A DNA stretch of 64,000 bases. It comes from Eledone cirrhosa (lineage: Eukaryota). The notes beneath the pieces are model-generated. The model did no database searches, was not told the DNA's origin, and was given only the letters and a program-made list of their open reading frames with translations. The position numbers and the translations under genes were made by a program. Position 1 is the stretch's first letter. Every line of letters begins with the position of its first letter. The stretch covers positions 336,288,001 to 336,352,000 of the forward strand of contig OZ024743.1 in the NCBI GenBank assembly GCA_964016885.1, read 5' to 3'. Positions 36,001-48,000 of the stretch are shown here, piece by piece.

Positions 36001-39000
36001 CTCCTTCCCTCTTTCTCTCTGTCTCTATCTTCCAGTCTGTCTCCTTCCCTCTTTCTCTCTATCTCTATCTTCCAGTCTGTCTCCTTCTCTCTTTCTCTCT
36101 GTCTCTATCTTCCTGTCTGTCTCCTTCCCTCTTTCTCTCTGTCTCTATCTTCCAGTCTGTCTCCTTCTCTCTTTCTCTCTGTCTCTATCTTCCAGTCTGT
36201 CTCCTGCCCTCTTTCTCTCTCTCTCTATCTCTAGTCTGTCTCCTTCCCTCTTTCTCTCTGCCTCTATCTTCCAGTCTGCTTCCTTCCCTCTTTCTCTCTG
36301 TCTCTATCTTCCAGTCTGTCTCCTTACCTCTTTCTCTATGTCTCTATCTTCCAGTCTGTCTCCTTCTCTCTTTCTCTCTGTCTCTATCTTCCAGTCTGTC
36401 TCCTTCCCTCTTTCTCTCTGTCTCTATCTTCCAGTCTGTCTCCTTCTCTCTTTCTCTCTGTCTCTATCTTTCAGTCTGTCTCCTTCCCTCTTTCTCTCTG
36501 TCTCTATCTTCCAGTCTGTCTCCTTCCTTCTTTCTCTCTGTCTCTATCTTCCAGTCTGTCTCCTTCCCTCTTTCTCTCTGTCTCTATCTTCCAGTCTGTC
36601 TCCTTCCCTCTTTCTCTCTGTCTCTATCTTCCAGTCTGTCTCCTTCCCTCTTTCTCTCTGTCTCTATCTTCCAGTCTGTCTCCTTCCCTCTTTCTCTCTG
36701 TCTCTATCTTCCAGTCTGTCTCCTTCCCTCTTTCTCTCTGTCTCTATCTTCCAGTCTGTCTCCTTCTCTCTTTCTCTCTGTCTCTATCTTCCAGTCTGTC
36801 TCCTTCCCTCTTTCTCTCTGTCTCTATCTTCCAGTCTGTCTCCTTCTCTCTTTCTCTCTCTCTCTATCTTCCAGTCTGTTTCCTTCCCTCTTTCTCTCTG
36901 TCTCTATCTTCCAGTCTGTCTCCTTCCCTCTTTCTCTCTGTCTCTATCTTCCAGTCTGTCTCCTTCCCTCTTTCTCTCTGTCTCTATCTTCCAGTCTGTC
37001 TCCTTCCCTCTTTCTCTCTGTCTCTATCTTCCAGTCTGTCTCCTTCTCTCTTTCTCTCTGTCTCTATCTTCCAGTCTGTCTCCTTCCCTCTTTCTCTCTG
37101 TCTCTATCTTCCAGTCTGTCTCCTTCTCTCTTTCTCTCTCTCTCTATCTTCCAGTATGTCTCCTTCCCTCTTTCTCTCTGTCTCTATCTTCCAGTCTGTC
37201 TCCTTAACTCTTTCTCTCTGTCTCTATCTTCCAGTCTGCCTCCTTCCCTCTTTCTCTCTATCTCTATCTTCCAGTCTGTCTCCTTCCCTCTTTCTCTCTA
37301 ACTCTATCTTCCAGTCTGTCTCCTTCCCTCTTTCTCTCTATCTCTATCTTCCAGTCTGTCTCCTTCCCTCTTTCTCTCTGTCTCTATCTTCCAGTCTGTC
37401 TCCTTCCCTCTTTCTCTCTGTCTCTATCTTCCAGTCTGTCTCCTTCTCTCTTTCTCTCTCTCTCTATCTTCCAGTCTGTCTCCTTCCCTCTTTCTCTCTG
37501 TCTCTATCTTCCAGTCTGTCTCCTTACCTCTTTCTCTCTGTCTCTATCTTCCAGTCTGCCTCCTTCCCTCTTTCTCTCTGTCTCTATCTTCCAGTCTGTC
37601 TCCTTCCCTCTTTCTCTCTGTCTCTATCTTCCAGTCTGTCTCCTTCTCTCTTTCTCTATGTCTCTATCTTCCAGTCTGTCTCCTTCCCTCTTTCTCTTTG
37701 TCTCTATCTTCCAGTCTGCCTCCTTCCCTCTTTCTCTCTGTCTCTATCTTCCAGTCTGTCTCCTTCCCTCTTTCTCTTTGTCTCTATCTTCCAGTCTGTC
37801 TCCTTCCCTCTTTCTCTTTGTCTCTAACTTCCAGTCTGCCTCCTTCCCTCTTTCTCTCTGTCTCTATCTTCCAGTCTGTCTCCTTCCCTCTTTCTCTCTG
37901 TCTCTATCTTCCAGTCTGCCTCCTTCCCTCTTTCTCTCTGTCTCTATCTTCCAGTCTGTCTCCTTCCCTCTTTCTCTCTATCTCTATCTTCCAGTCTGCC
38001 TCCTTCTCTCTTTCTCTCTGTCTCTGTCTTCCAGTCTGTTTCCTTCCCCCTTTCTCTCTGTCTCTATCTTCCAGTCTGTCTCCTTCTCTCTTTTTCTCTG
38101 TCTCTATCTTCCAGTCTGTCTCCTTCCCTCTTTCTCTCTGCCTCTATCTTCCAGTCTGTCTCCTCCTCTCTTTCTCTATGTCTCTATCTTCCAGTCGGTC
38201 CCCTTCTCTCTTTCTCTCTGTCTCTATCTTCCAGTCTGTTTCCTCTCTTTCTCTCTGTCTCTATCTTCCAGTCTGTCTCCTTCCCTCTTTCTCTCTGTCT
38301 CTATCTTCCAGTCTGTCTCCTTCTCTCTTTCTCTCTGTCTCTATCTTCCAGTCTGTCTCCTTCTCTCTTTCTCTCTGTCTCTATCTTCCAGTATGTCTCC
38401 TTCCCTCTTTCTCTCTGTCTCTATCTTCCAGTCTGTCTCCTTCCCTCTTTCTCTCTGTCTCTATCTTCCAGTCTGTCTACTTCCCTCTTTCTCTCTGTCT
38501 CTATCTTCCAGTCTGTCTCCTTCCCTCTTTCTCTCTGTCTCTATCTTCCAGTCTGTCTCCTTCCCTCTTTCTCTCTGTCTCTATCTTCCAGTCTGTCTCC
38601 TTCCCTCTTTCTCTCTGTCTCTATCTTCCAGTCTGTCTCCTTCTCTCTTTTTCTCTGTCTCTATCTTCCAGTCTGTCTCCTTCCCTCTTTCTCTCTGTCT
38701 CTATCTTCCAGTCTGTCTCCTCCTCTCTTTCTCTATGTCTCTATCTTCCAGTCGGTCCCCTTCTCTCTTTCTCTCTGTCTCTATCTTCCAGTCTGTCTCC
38801 TTCTCTCTTTCTCTCTGTCTCTATCTTCCAGTCTGTCTCCTTCCCTCTTTCTCTCTGTCTCTATCTTCCAGTCTGTCTCCTTCTCTCTTTCTCTCCGTCT
38901 CTATCTTCCAGTCTGTCTCCTTCTCTCTTTCTCTCTGTCTCTATCTTCCAGTCTGTCTCCTTCCCTCTTTCTCTCTGTCTCTATCTTCCAGTCTGTCTCC

Positions 39001-42000
39001 TTCCCTCTTTCTCTCTGTCTCTATCTTCCAGTCTGTCTACTTCCCTCTTTCTCTCTGTCTCTATCTTCCAGTCTGTCTCCTTCCCTCTTTCTCTCTGTCT
39101 CTATCTTCCAGTCTGCCTCCTTCCCTCTTTCTCTCTGTCTCTATCTTCCAGTCTGTCTCCTTCCCTCTTTCTCTCTGTCTCTATCTTCCAGTCTGTCTCC
39201 TTCCCTCTTTCTCTCTATCTCTATCTTCCAGTCTGTCTCCTTCTCTCTTTCTCTCTGTCTCTATCTTCCAGTCTGTCTCCTTCCCTCTTTCTCTCTGTCT
39301 CTATCTTCCAGTCTGTCTCCTTCTCTCTTTCTCTCTGTCTCTATCTTCCAGTCTGTCTCCTGCCCTCTTTCTCTCTCTCTCTATCTCTAGTCTGTCTCCT
39401 TCCCTCTTTCTCTCTGCCTCTATCTTCCAGTCTGCTTCCTTCCCTCTTTCTCTCTGTCTCTATCTTCCAGTCTGTCTCCTTACCTCTTTCTCTATGTCTC
39501 TATCTTCCAGTCTGTCTCCTTCTCTCTTTCTCTCTGTCTCTATCTTCCAGTCTGTCTCCTTCCCTCTTTCTCTCTGTCTCTATCTTCCAGTCTGTCTCCT
39601 TCTCTCTTTCTCTCTGTCTCTATCTTTCAGTCTGTCTCCTTCCCTCTTTCTCTCTGTCTCTATCTTCCAGTCTGTCTCCTTCCTTCTTTCTCTCTGTCTC
39701 TATCTTCCAGTCTGTCTCCTTCCCTCTTTCTCTCTGTCTCTATCTTCCAGTCTGTCTCCTTCCCTCTTTCTCTCTGTCTCTATCTTCCAGTCTGTCTCCT
39801 TCCCTCTTTCTCTCTGTCTCTATCTTCCAGTGTGTCTCCTTCTCTCTTTCTCTCTGTCTCTATCTTCCAGTCTGTCTCCTTCCCTCTTTCTCTCTGTCTC
39901 TATCTTCCAGTCTGTCTCCTTCTCTCTTTCTCTCTCTCTCTATCTTCCAGTCTGTCTCCTTCCCTCTTTCTCTCTGTCTCTATCTTCCAGTCTGTCTCCT
40001 TAACTCTTTCTCTCTGTCTCTATCTTCCAGTCTGCCTCATTCCCTCTTTCTCTCTATCTCTATCTTCCAGTCTGTCTCCTTCCCTCTTTCTCTCTAACTC
40101 TATCTTCCAGTCTGTCTCCTTCCCTCTTTCTCTCTATCTCTATCTTCCAGTCTGTCTCCTTCCCTCTTTCTCTCTGTCTCTATCTTCCAGTCTGTCTCCT
40201 TCCCTCTTTCTCTCTGTCTCTATCTTCCACTCTGTCTCCTTCTCTCTTTCTCTCTCTCTCTATCTTCCAGTCTGTCTCCTTCCCTCTTTCTCTCTGTCTC
40301 TATCTTCCAGTCTGTCTCCTTACCTCTTTCTCTCTGTCTCTATCTTCCAGTCTGCCTCCTTCCCTCTTTCTCTCTGTCTCTATCTTCCAGTCTGTCTCCT
40401 TCCCTCTTTCTCTCTGTCTCTATCTTCCAGTCTGTCTCCATCCCTCTTTCTCTCTGTCTCTATCTTCCAGTCTGTCTCCTTCTCTCTTTCTCTATGTCTC
40501 TATCTTCCAGTCTGTCTCCTTCCCTCTTTCTCTTTGTCTCTATCTTCCAGTCTGCCTCCTTCCCTCTTTCTCTCTGTCTCTATCTTCCAGTCTGTCTCCT
40601 TCCCTCTTTCTCTTTGTCTCTATCTTCCAGTCTGTCTCCTTCCCTCTTTCTCTTTGTCTCTATCTTCCAGTCTGCCTCCTTCCCTCTTTCTCTCTGTCTC
40701 TATCTTCCAGTCTGTCTCCTTCCCTCTTTCTCTCTGTCTCTATCTTCCAGTCTGCCTCATTCCCTCTTTCTCTCTGTCTCTATCTTCCAGTCTGTCTCCT
40801 TCCCTCTTTCTCTCTATCTCTATCTTCCAGTCTGCCTCCTTCTCTCTTTCTCTCTGTCTCTGTCTTCCAGTCTGTTTCCTTCCCTCTTTCTCTCTGTCTC
40901 TATCTTCCAGTCTGTCTCCTTCTCTCTTTTTCTCTGTCTCTATCTTCCAGTCTGTCTCCTTCCCTCTTTCTCTCTGTCTCTATCTTCCAGTCTGTCTCCT
41001 CCTCTCTTTCTCTATGTCTCTATCTTCCAGTCGGTCCCCTTCTCTCTTTCTCTCTGTCTCTATCTTCCAGTCTGTCTCCTTCTCTCTTTCTCTCTGTCTC
41101 TATCTTCCAGTCTGTCTCCTTCCCTCTTTCTCTCTGTCTCTATCTTCCAGTCTGTCTCCTTCTCTCTTTCTCTCTGTCTCTATCTTCCAGTCTGTCTCCT
41201 TCTCTCTTTCTCTCTGTCTCTATCTTCCAGTCTGTCTCCTTCCCTCTTTCTCTCTGTCTCTATCTTCCAGTCTGTCTCCTTCCCTCTTTCTCTCTGTCTC
41301 TATCTTCCAGTCTGTCTACTTCCCTCTTTCTCTCTGTCTCTATCTTCCAGTCTGTCTCCTTCCCTCTTTCTCTCTGTCTCTATCTTCCAGTCTGTCTCCT
41401 TCCCTCTTTCTCTCTGTCTCTATCTTCCAGTTTGTCTCCTTCCTTCTTTCTCTCTGTCTCTATCTTCCAGTCTGCCTCCTTCCCTCTTTCTCTCTGTCTC
41501 TATCTTTCAGTCTGTCTCCTTCCCTCTTTCTCTCTGTCTCTATCTTCCAGTCTGTCTCCTTCCCTCTTTCTCTCTGTCTCTATCTTCCAGTCTGTCTCCT
41601 TCCCTCTTTCTCTCTGTCTCTATCTTCCAGTCTGTCTCCTTCTCTCTTTCTCTCTGTCTCTATCTTCCAGTCTGTCTCCTTCCCTCTTTCTCTCTGTCTC
41701 TATCTTCCAGTCTGTCTCCTTCTCTCTTTCTCTCTCTCTCTATCTTCCAGTATGTCTCCTTCCCTCTTTCTCTCTGTCTCTATCTTCCAGTCTGTCTCCT
41801 TAACTCTTTCTCTCTGTCTCTATCTTCCAGTCTGCCTCCTTCCCTCTTTCTCTCTATCTCTATCTTCCAGTCTGTCTCCTTCCCTCTTTCTCTCTAACTC
41901 TATCTTCCAGTCTGTCTCCTTCCCTCTTTCTCTCTATCTCTATCTTCCAGTCTGTCTCCTTCCCTCTTTCTCTCTGTCTCTATCTTCCAGTCTGTCTCCT

Positions 42001-45000
42001 TCCCTCTTTCTCTCTGTCTCTATCTTCCAGTCTGTCTCCTTCTCTCTTTCTCTCTCTCTCTATCTTCCAGTCTGTCTCCTTCCCTCTTTCTCTCTGTCTC
42101 TATCTTCCAGTCTGTCTCCTTACCTCTTTCTCTCTGTCTCTATCTTCCAGTCTGCCTCCTTCCCTCTTTCTCTCTGTCTCTATCTTCCAGTCTGTCTCCT
42201 TCCCTCTTTCTCTCTGTCTCTATCTTCCAGTCTGTCTCCTTCTCTCTTTCTCTATGTCTCTATCTTCCAGTCTGTCTCCTTCCCTCTTTCTCTTTGTCTC
42301 TATCTTCCAGTCTGCCTCCTTCCCTCTTTCTCTCTGTCTCTATCTTCCAGTCTGTCTCCTTCCCTCTTTCTCTTTGTCTCTATCTTCCAGTCTGTCTCCT
42401 TCCCTCTTTCTCTTTGTCTCTAACTTCCAGTCTGCCTCCTTCCCTCTTTCTCTCTGTCTCTATCTTCCAGTCTGTCTCCTTCCCTCTTTCTCTCTGTCTC
42501 TATCTTCCAGTCTGCCTCCTTCCCTCTTTCTCTCTGTCTCTATCTTCCAGTCTGTCTCCTTCCCTCTTTCTCTCTATCTCTATCTTCCAGTCTGCCTCCT
42601 TCTCTCTTTCTCTCTGTCTCTGTCTTCCAGTCTGTTTCCTTCCCCCTTTCTCTCTGTCTCTATCTTCCAGTCTGTCTCCTTCTCTCTTTTTCTCTGTCTC
42701 TATCTTCCAGTCTGTCTCCTTCCCTCTTTCTCTCTGCCTCTATCTTCCAGTCTGTCTCCTCCTCTCTTTCTCTATGTCTCTATCTTCCAGTCGGTCCCCT
42801 TCTCTCTTTCTCTCTGTCTCTATCTTCCAGTCTGTCTCCTCTCTTTCTCTCTGTCTCTATCTTCCAGTCTGTCTCCTTCCCTCTTTCTCTCTGTCTCTAT
42901 CTTCCAGTCTGTCTCCTTCTCTCTTTCTCTCTGTCTCTATCTTCCAGTCTGTCTCCTTCTCTCTTTCTCTCTGTCTCTATCTTCCAGTATGTCTCCTTCC
43001 CTCTTTCTCTCTGTCTCTATCTTCCAGTCTGTCTCCTTCCCTCTTTCTCTCTGTCTCTATCTTCCAGTCTGTCTACTTCCCTCTTTCTCTCTGTCTCTAT
43101 CTTCCAGTCTGTCTCCTTCCCTCTTTCTCTCTGTCTCTATCTTCCAGTCTGTCTCCTTCCCTCTTTCTCTCTGTCTCTATCTTCCAGTCTGTCTCCTTCC
43201 CTCTTTCTCTCTGTCTCTATCTTCCAGTCTGTCTCCTTCTCTCTTTTTCTCTGTCTCTATCTTCCAGTCTGTCTCCTTCCCTCTTTCTCTCTGTCTCTAT
43301 CTTCCAGTCTGTCTCCTCCTCTCTTTCTCTATGTCTCTATCTTCCAGTCGGTCCCCTTCTCTCTTTCTCTCTGTCTCTATCTTCCAGTCTGTCTCCTTCT
43401 CTCTTTCTCTCTGTCTCTATCTTCCAGTCTGTCTCCTTCCCTCTTTCTCTCTGTCTCTATCTTCCAGTCTGTCTCCTTCTCTCTTTCTCTCCGTCTCTAT
43501 CTTCCAGTCTGTCTCCTTCTCTCTTTCTCTCTGTCTCTATCTTCCAGTCTGTCTCCTTCCCTCTTTCTCTCTGTCTCTATCTTCCAGTCTGTCTCCTTCC
43601 CTCTTTCTCTCTGTCTCTATCTTCCAGTCTGTCTACTTCCCTCTTTCTCTCTGTCTCTATCTTCCAGTCTGTCTCCTTCCCTCTTTCTCTCTGTCTCTAT
43701 CTTCCAGTCTGCCTCCTTCCCTCTTTCTCTCTGTCTCTATCTTCCAGTCTGTCTCCTTCCCTCTTTCTCTCTGTCTCTATCTTCCAGTCTGTCTCCTTCC
43801 CTCTTTCTCTCTATCTCTATCTTCCAGTCTGTCTCCTTCTCTCTTTCTCTCTGTCTCTATCTTCCAGTCTGTCTCCTTCCCTCTTTCTCTCTGTCTCTAT
43901 CTTCCAGTCTGTCTCCTTCTCTCTTTCTCTCTGTCTCTATCTTCCAGTCTGTCTCCTGCCCTCTTTCTCTCTCTCTCTATCTCTAGTCTGTCTCCTTCCC
44001 TCTTTCTCTCTGCCTCTATCTTCCAGTCTGCTTCCTTCCCTCTTTCTCTCTGTCTCTATCTTCCAGTCTGTCTCCTTACCTCTTTCTCTATGTCTCTATC
44101 TTCCAGTCTGTCTCCTTCTCTCTTTCTCTCTGTCTCTATCTTCCAGTCTGTCTCCTTCCCTCTTTCTCTCTGTCTCTATCTTCCAGTCTGTCTCCTTCTC
44201 TCTTTCTCTCTGTCTCTATCTTTCAGTCTGTCTCCTTCCCTCTTTCTCTCTGTCTCTATCTTCCAGTCTGTCTCCTTCCTTCTTTCTCTCTGTCTCTATC
44301 TTCCAGTCTGTCTCCTTCCCTCTTTCTCTCTGTCTCTATCTTCCAGTCTGTCTCCTTCCCTCTTTCTCTCTGTCTCTATCTTCCAGTCTGTCTCCTTCCC
44401 TCTTTCTCTCTGTCTCTATCTTCCAGTCTGTCTCCTTCTCTCTTTCTCTCTGTCTCTATCTTCCAGTCTGTCTCCTTCCCTCTTTCTCTCTGTCTCTATC
44501 TTCCAGTCTGTCTCCTTCTCTCTTTCTCTCTCTCTCTATCTTCCAGTCTGTCTCCTTCCCTCTTTCTCTCTGTCTCTATCTTCCAGTCTGTCTCCTTAAC
44601 TCTTTCTCTCTGTCTCTATCTTCCAGTCTGCCTCATTCCCTCTTTCTCTCTATCTCTATCTTCCAGTCTGTCTCCTTCCCTCTTTCTCTCTAACTCTATC
44701 TTCCAGTCTGTCTCCTTCCCTCTTTCTCTCTATCTCTATCTTCCAGTCTGTCTCCTTCCCTCTTTCTCTCTGTCTCTATCTTCCAGTCTGTCTCCTTCCC
44801 TCTTTCTCTCTGTCTCTATCTTCCACTCTGTCTCCTTCTCTCTTTCTCTCTCTCTCTATCTTCCAGTCTGTCTCCTTCCCTCTTTCTCTCTGTCTCTATC
44901 TTCCAGTCTGTCTCCTTACCTCTTTCTCTCTGTCTCTATCTTCCAGTCTGCCTCCTTCCCTCTTTCTCTCTGTCTCTATCTTCCAGTCTGTCTCCATCCC

Positions 45001-48000
45001 TCTTTCTCTCTGTCTCTATCTTCCAGTCTGTCTCCTTCTCTCTTTCTCTATGTCTCTATCTTCCAGTCTGTCTCCTTCCCTCTTTCTCTTTGTCTCTATC
45101 TTCCAGTCTGCCTCCTTCCCTCTTTCTCTCTGTCTCTATCTTCCAGTCTGTCTCCTTCCCTCTTTCTCTTTGTCTCTATCTTCCAGTCTGTCTCCTTCCC
45201 TCTTTCTCTTTGTCTCTATCTTCCAGTCTGCCTCCTTCCCTCTTTCTCTCTGTCTCTATCTTCCAGTCTGTCTCCTTCCCTCTTTCTCTCTGTCTCTATC
45301 TTCCAGTCTGCCTCATTCCCTCTTTCTCTCTGTCTCTATCTTCCAGTCTGTCTCCTTCCCTCTTTCTCTCTATCTCTATCTTCCAGTCTGCCTCCTTCTC
45401 TCTTTCTCTCTGTCTCTGTCTTCCAGTCTGTTTCCTTCCCTCTTTCTCTCTGTCTCTATCTTCCAGTCTGTCTCCTTCTCTCTTTTTCTCTGTCTCTATC
45501 TTCCAGTCTGTCTCCTTCCCTCTTTCTCTCTGTCTCTATCTTCCAGTCTGTCTCCTCCTCTCTTTCTCTATGTCTCTATCTTCCAGTCGGTCCCCTTCTC
45601 TCTTTCTCTCTGTCTCTATCTTCCAGTCTGTCTCCTTCTCTCTTTCTCTCTGTCTCTATCTTCCAGTCTGTCTCCTTCCCTCTTTCTCTCTGTCTCTATC
45701 TTCCAGTCTGTCTCCTTCTCTCTTTCTCTCTGTCTCTATCTTCCAGTCTGTCTCCTTCTCTCTTTCTCTCTGTCTCTATCTTCCAGTCTGTCTCCTTCCC
45801 TCTTTCTCTCTGTCTCTATCTTCCAGTCTGTCTCCTTCCCTCTTTCTCTCTGTCTCTATCTTCCAGTCTGTCTACTTCCCTCTTTCTCTCTGTCTCTATC
45901 TTCCAGTCTGTCTCCTTCCCTCTTTCTCTCTGTCTCTATCTTCCAGTCTGTCTCCTTCCCTCTTTCTCTCTGTCTCTATCTTCCAGTCTGTCTCCTTCCT
46001 TCTTTCTCTCTGTCTCTATCTTCCAGTCTGCCTCCTTCCCTCTTTCTCTCTGTCTCTATCTTCCAGTCTGTCTCCTTCTCTCTTTCTCTCTGTCTCTATC
46101 TTCCAGTCTGTCTCCTGCCCTCTTTCTCTCTCTCTCTATCTCTAGTCTGTCTCCTTCCCTCTTTCTCTCTGCCTCTATCTTCCAGTCTGCTTCCTTCCCT
46201 CTTTCTCTCTGTCTCTATCTTCCAGTCTGTCTCCTTCCCTCTTTCTCTATGTCTCTATCTTCCAGTCTGTCTCCTTCTCTCTTTCTCTCTGTCTCTATCT
46301 TCCAGTCTGTCTCCTTCCCTCTTTCTCTCTGTCTCTATCTTCCAGTCTGTCTCCTTCTCTCTTTCTCTCTGTCTCTATCTTTCAGTCTGTCTCCTTCCCT
46401 CTTTCTCTCTGTCTCTATCTTCCAGTCTGTCTCCTTCCCTCTTTCTCTCTGTCTCTATCTTCCAGTCTGTCTCCTTCCCTCTTTCTCTCTGTCTCTATCT
46501 TCCAGTCTGTCTCCTTCCCTCTTTCTCTCTGTCTCTATCTTCCAGTCTGTCTCCTTCCCTCTTTCTCTCTGTCTCTATCTTCCAGTCTGTCTCCTTCCCT
46601 CTTTCTCTCTGTCTCTATCTTCCAGTCTGTCTCCTTCCCTCTTTCTCTCTCTCTCTCTATCTTCCAGTCTGTCTCCTTCCCTCTTTCTCTCTGTCTCTAT
46701 CTTCCAGTCTGTCTCCTTCCCTTTTTCTCTCTGTCTCTATCTTCCAGTCTGTCTCCTTCCCTCTTTCTCTCTCTCTCTATCTTCCAGTCTGTCTCCTTCC
46801 CTCTTTCTCTCTCTCTATCTTCCAGTCTGTCTCCTTCCCTCTTTCTCTCTCTCTCTATCTCCCAGTCTGTCTCCTTCCCTCTTTCTCTCTCTCTCTCTAT
46901 CTTCCAGTCTGTCTCCTTCCCTCTTTCTCTCTGTCTCTATCTTCCAGACTGTCTCCTTCCCTCTTTCTCTCTCTCTCTATCTTCCTAGTCTGTCTCCTTC
47001 CCTCTTTCTCTCTGTCTCTATCTTCCAGTCTGTCTCCTTCCCTCTTTCTCTCTCTCTCTCTATCTTCCAGTCTGTCTCATTTCCTCTTTCTCTCTGTCTC
47101 TATCTTCCAGTCTGCCTCCTTCCCTCTTTCTCTCTCTCTCTATCTTCCAGTCTGTCTCCTTCCCTCTTTCTCTTTGTCTCTATCTTCCAGTCTGCCTCCT
47201 TCCCTCTTTCTCTCTGTCTCTATCTTCCTGCCTGTCTCCTCCCCTCTTTCTCTCTCTCTCTATCTTCCAGTCTGTCTCCTTCCCTCTTTCTCTCTCTCTC
47301 TATCTTCCAGTCTGCCTCCTTCCCTCTTTCTCTCTGTCTCTATCTTCCAGTCTGTCTCCTTCCCTCTTTCTCTCTGTCTCTATCTTCCAGTCTGTCTCCT
47401 TCCCTCTTTCTCTCTCTCTCTATCTTCCAGTCTGTCTCCTTCCCTCTTTCTCTCTCTCTCTATCTTCCAGCCTGTCTCCTTCCCTCTTTCTCTCTCTCTC
47501 TATCTTCCAGTCTGTCTCCTTCCCTCTTTCTCTCTGTCTCTATCTTCCAGTCTGTCTCCTTCCCTCTTTCTCTCTCTCTCTATCTTCCAGCCTGTCTCCT
47601 TCCCTCTTTCTCTCTGTCTCTATATTCCAGTCTGTCTCCTTCCCTCTTTCTCTCTGGTCTATCTTCCAGTCTGTCTCCTTCCCTCTTTCTCTCTCTCTCT
47701 CTCTATCTTCCTGTCTGTCTCCTTCCCTCTTTCTCTCTGTCTCTATCTTCCAGTCTGTCTCCTTCCCTCTTTCTCTCTGTCTCTATCTTCCAGTCTGCCT
47801 CCTTCCCTCTTTCTCTCTGTCTCTATCTTCCAGTCTGTCTCCTTCCCTCTTTCTCTCTGTCTCTATCTTCCAGTCTGCCTCCTTCCCTCTTTCTCTCTGT
47901 CTCTATCTTCTAGTCTGTCTCCTTCCCTCTTTCTCTCTGTCTCTATCTTCCAGTCTGTCTCCTTCCCTTTTTCTCTCTGTCTCTATCTTCCAGTCTGTCT

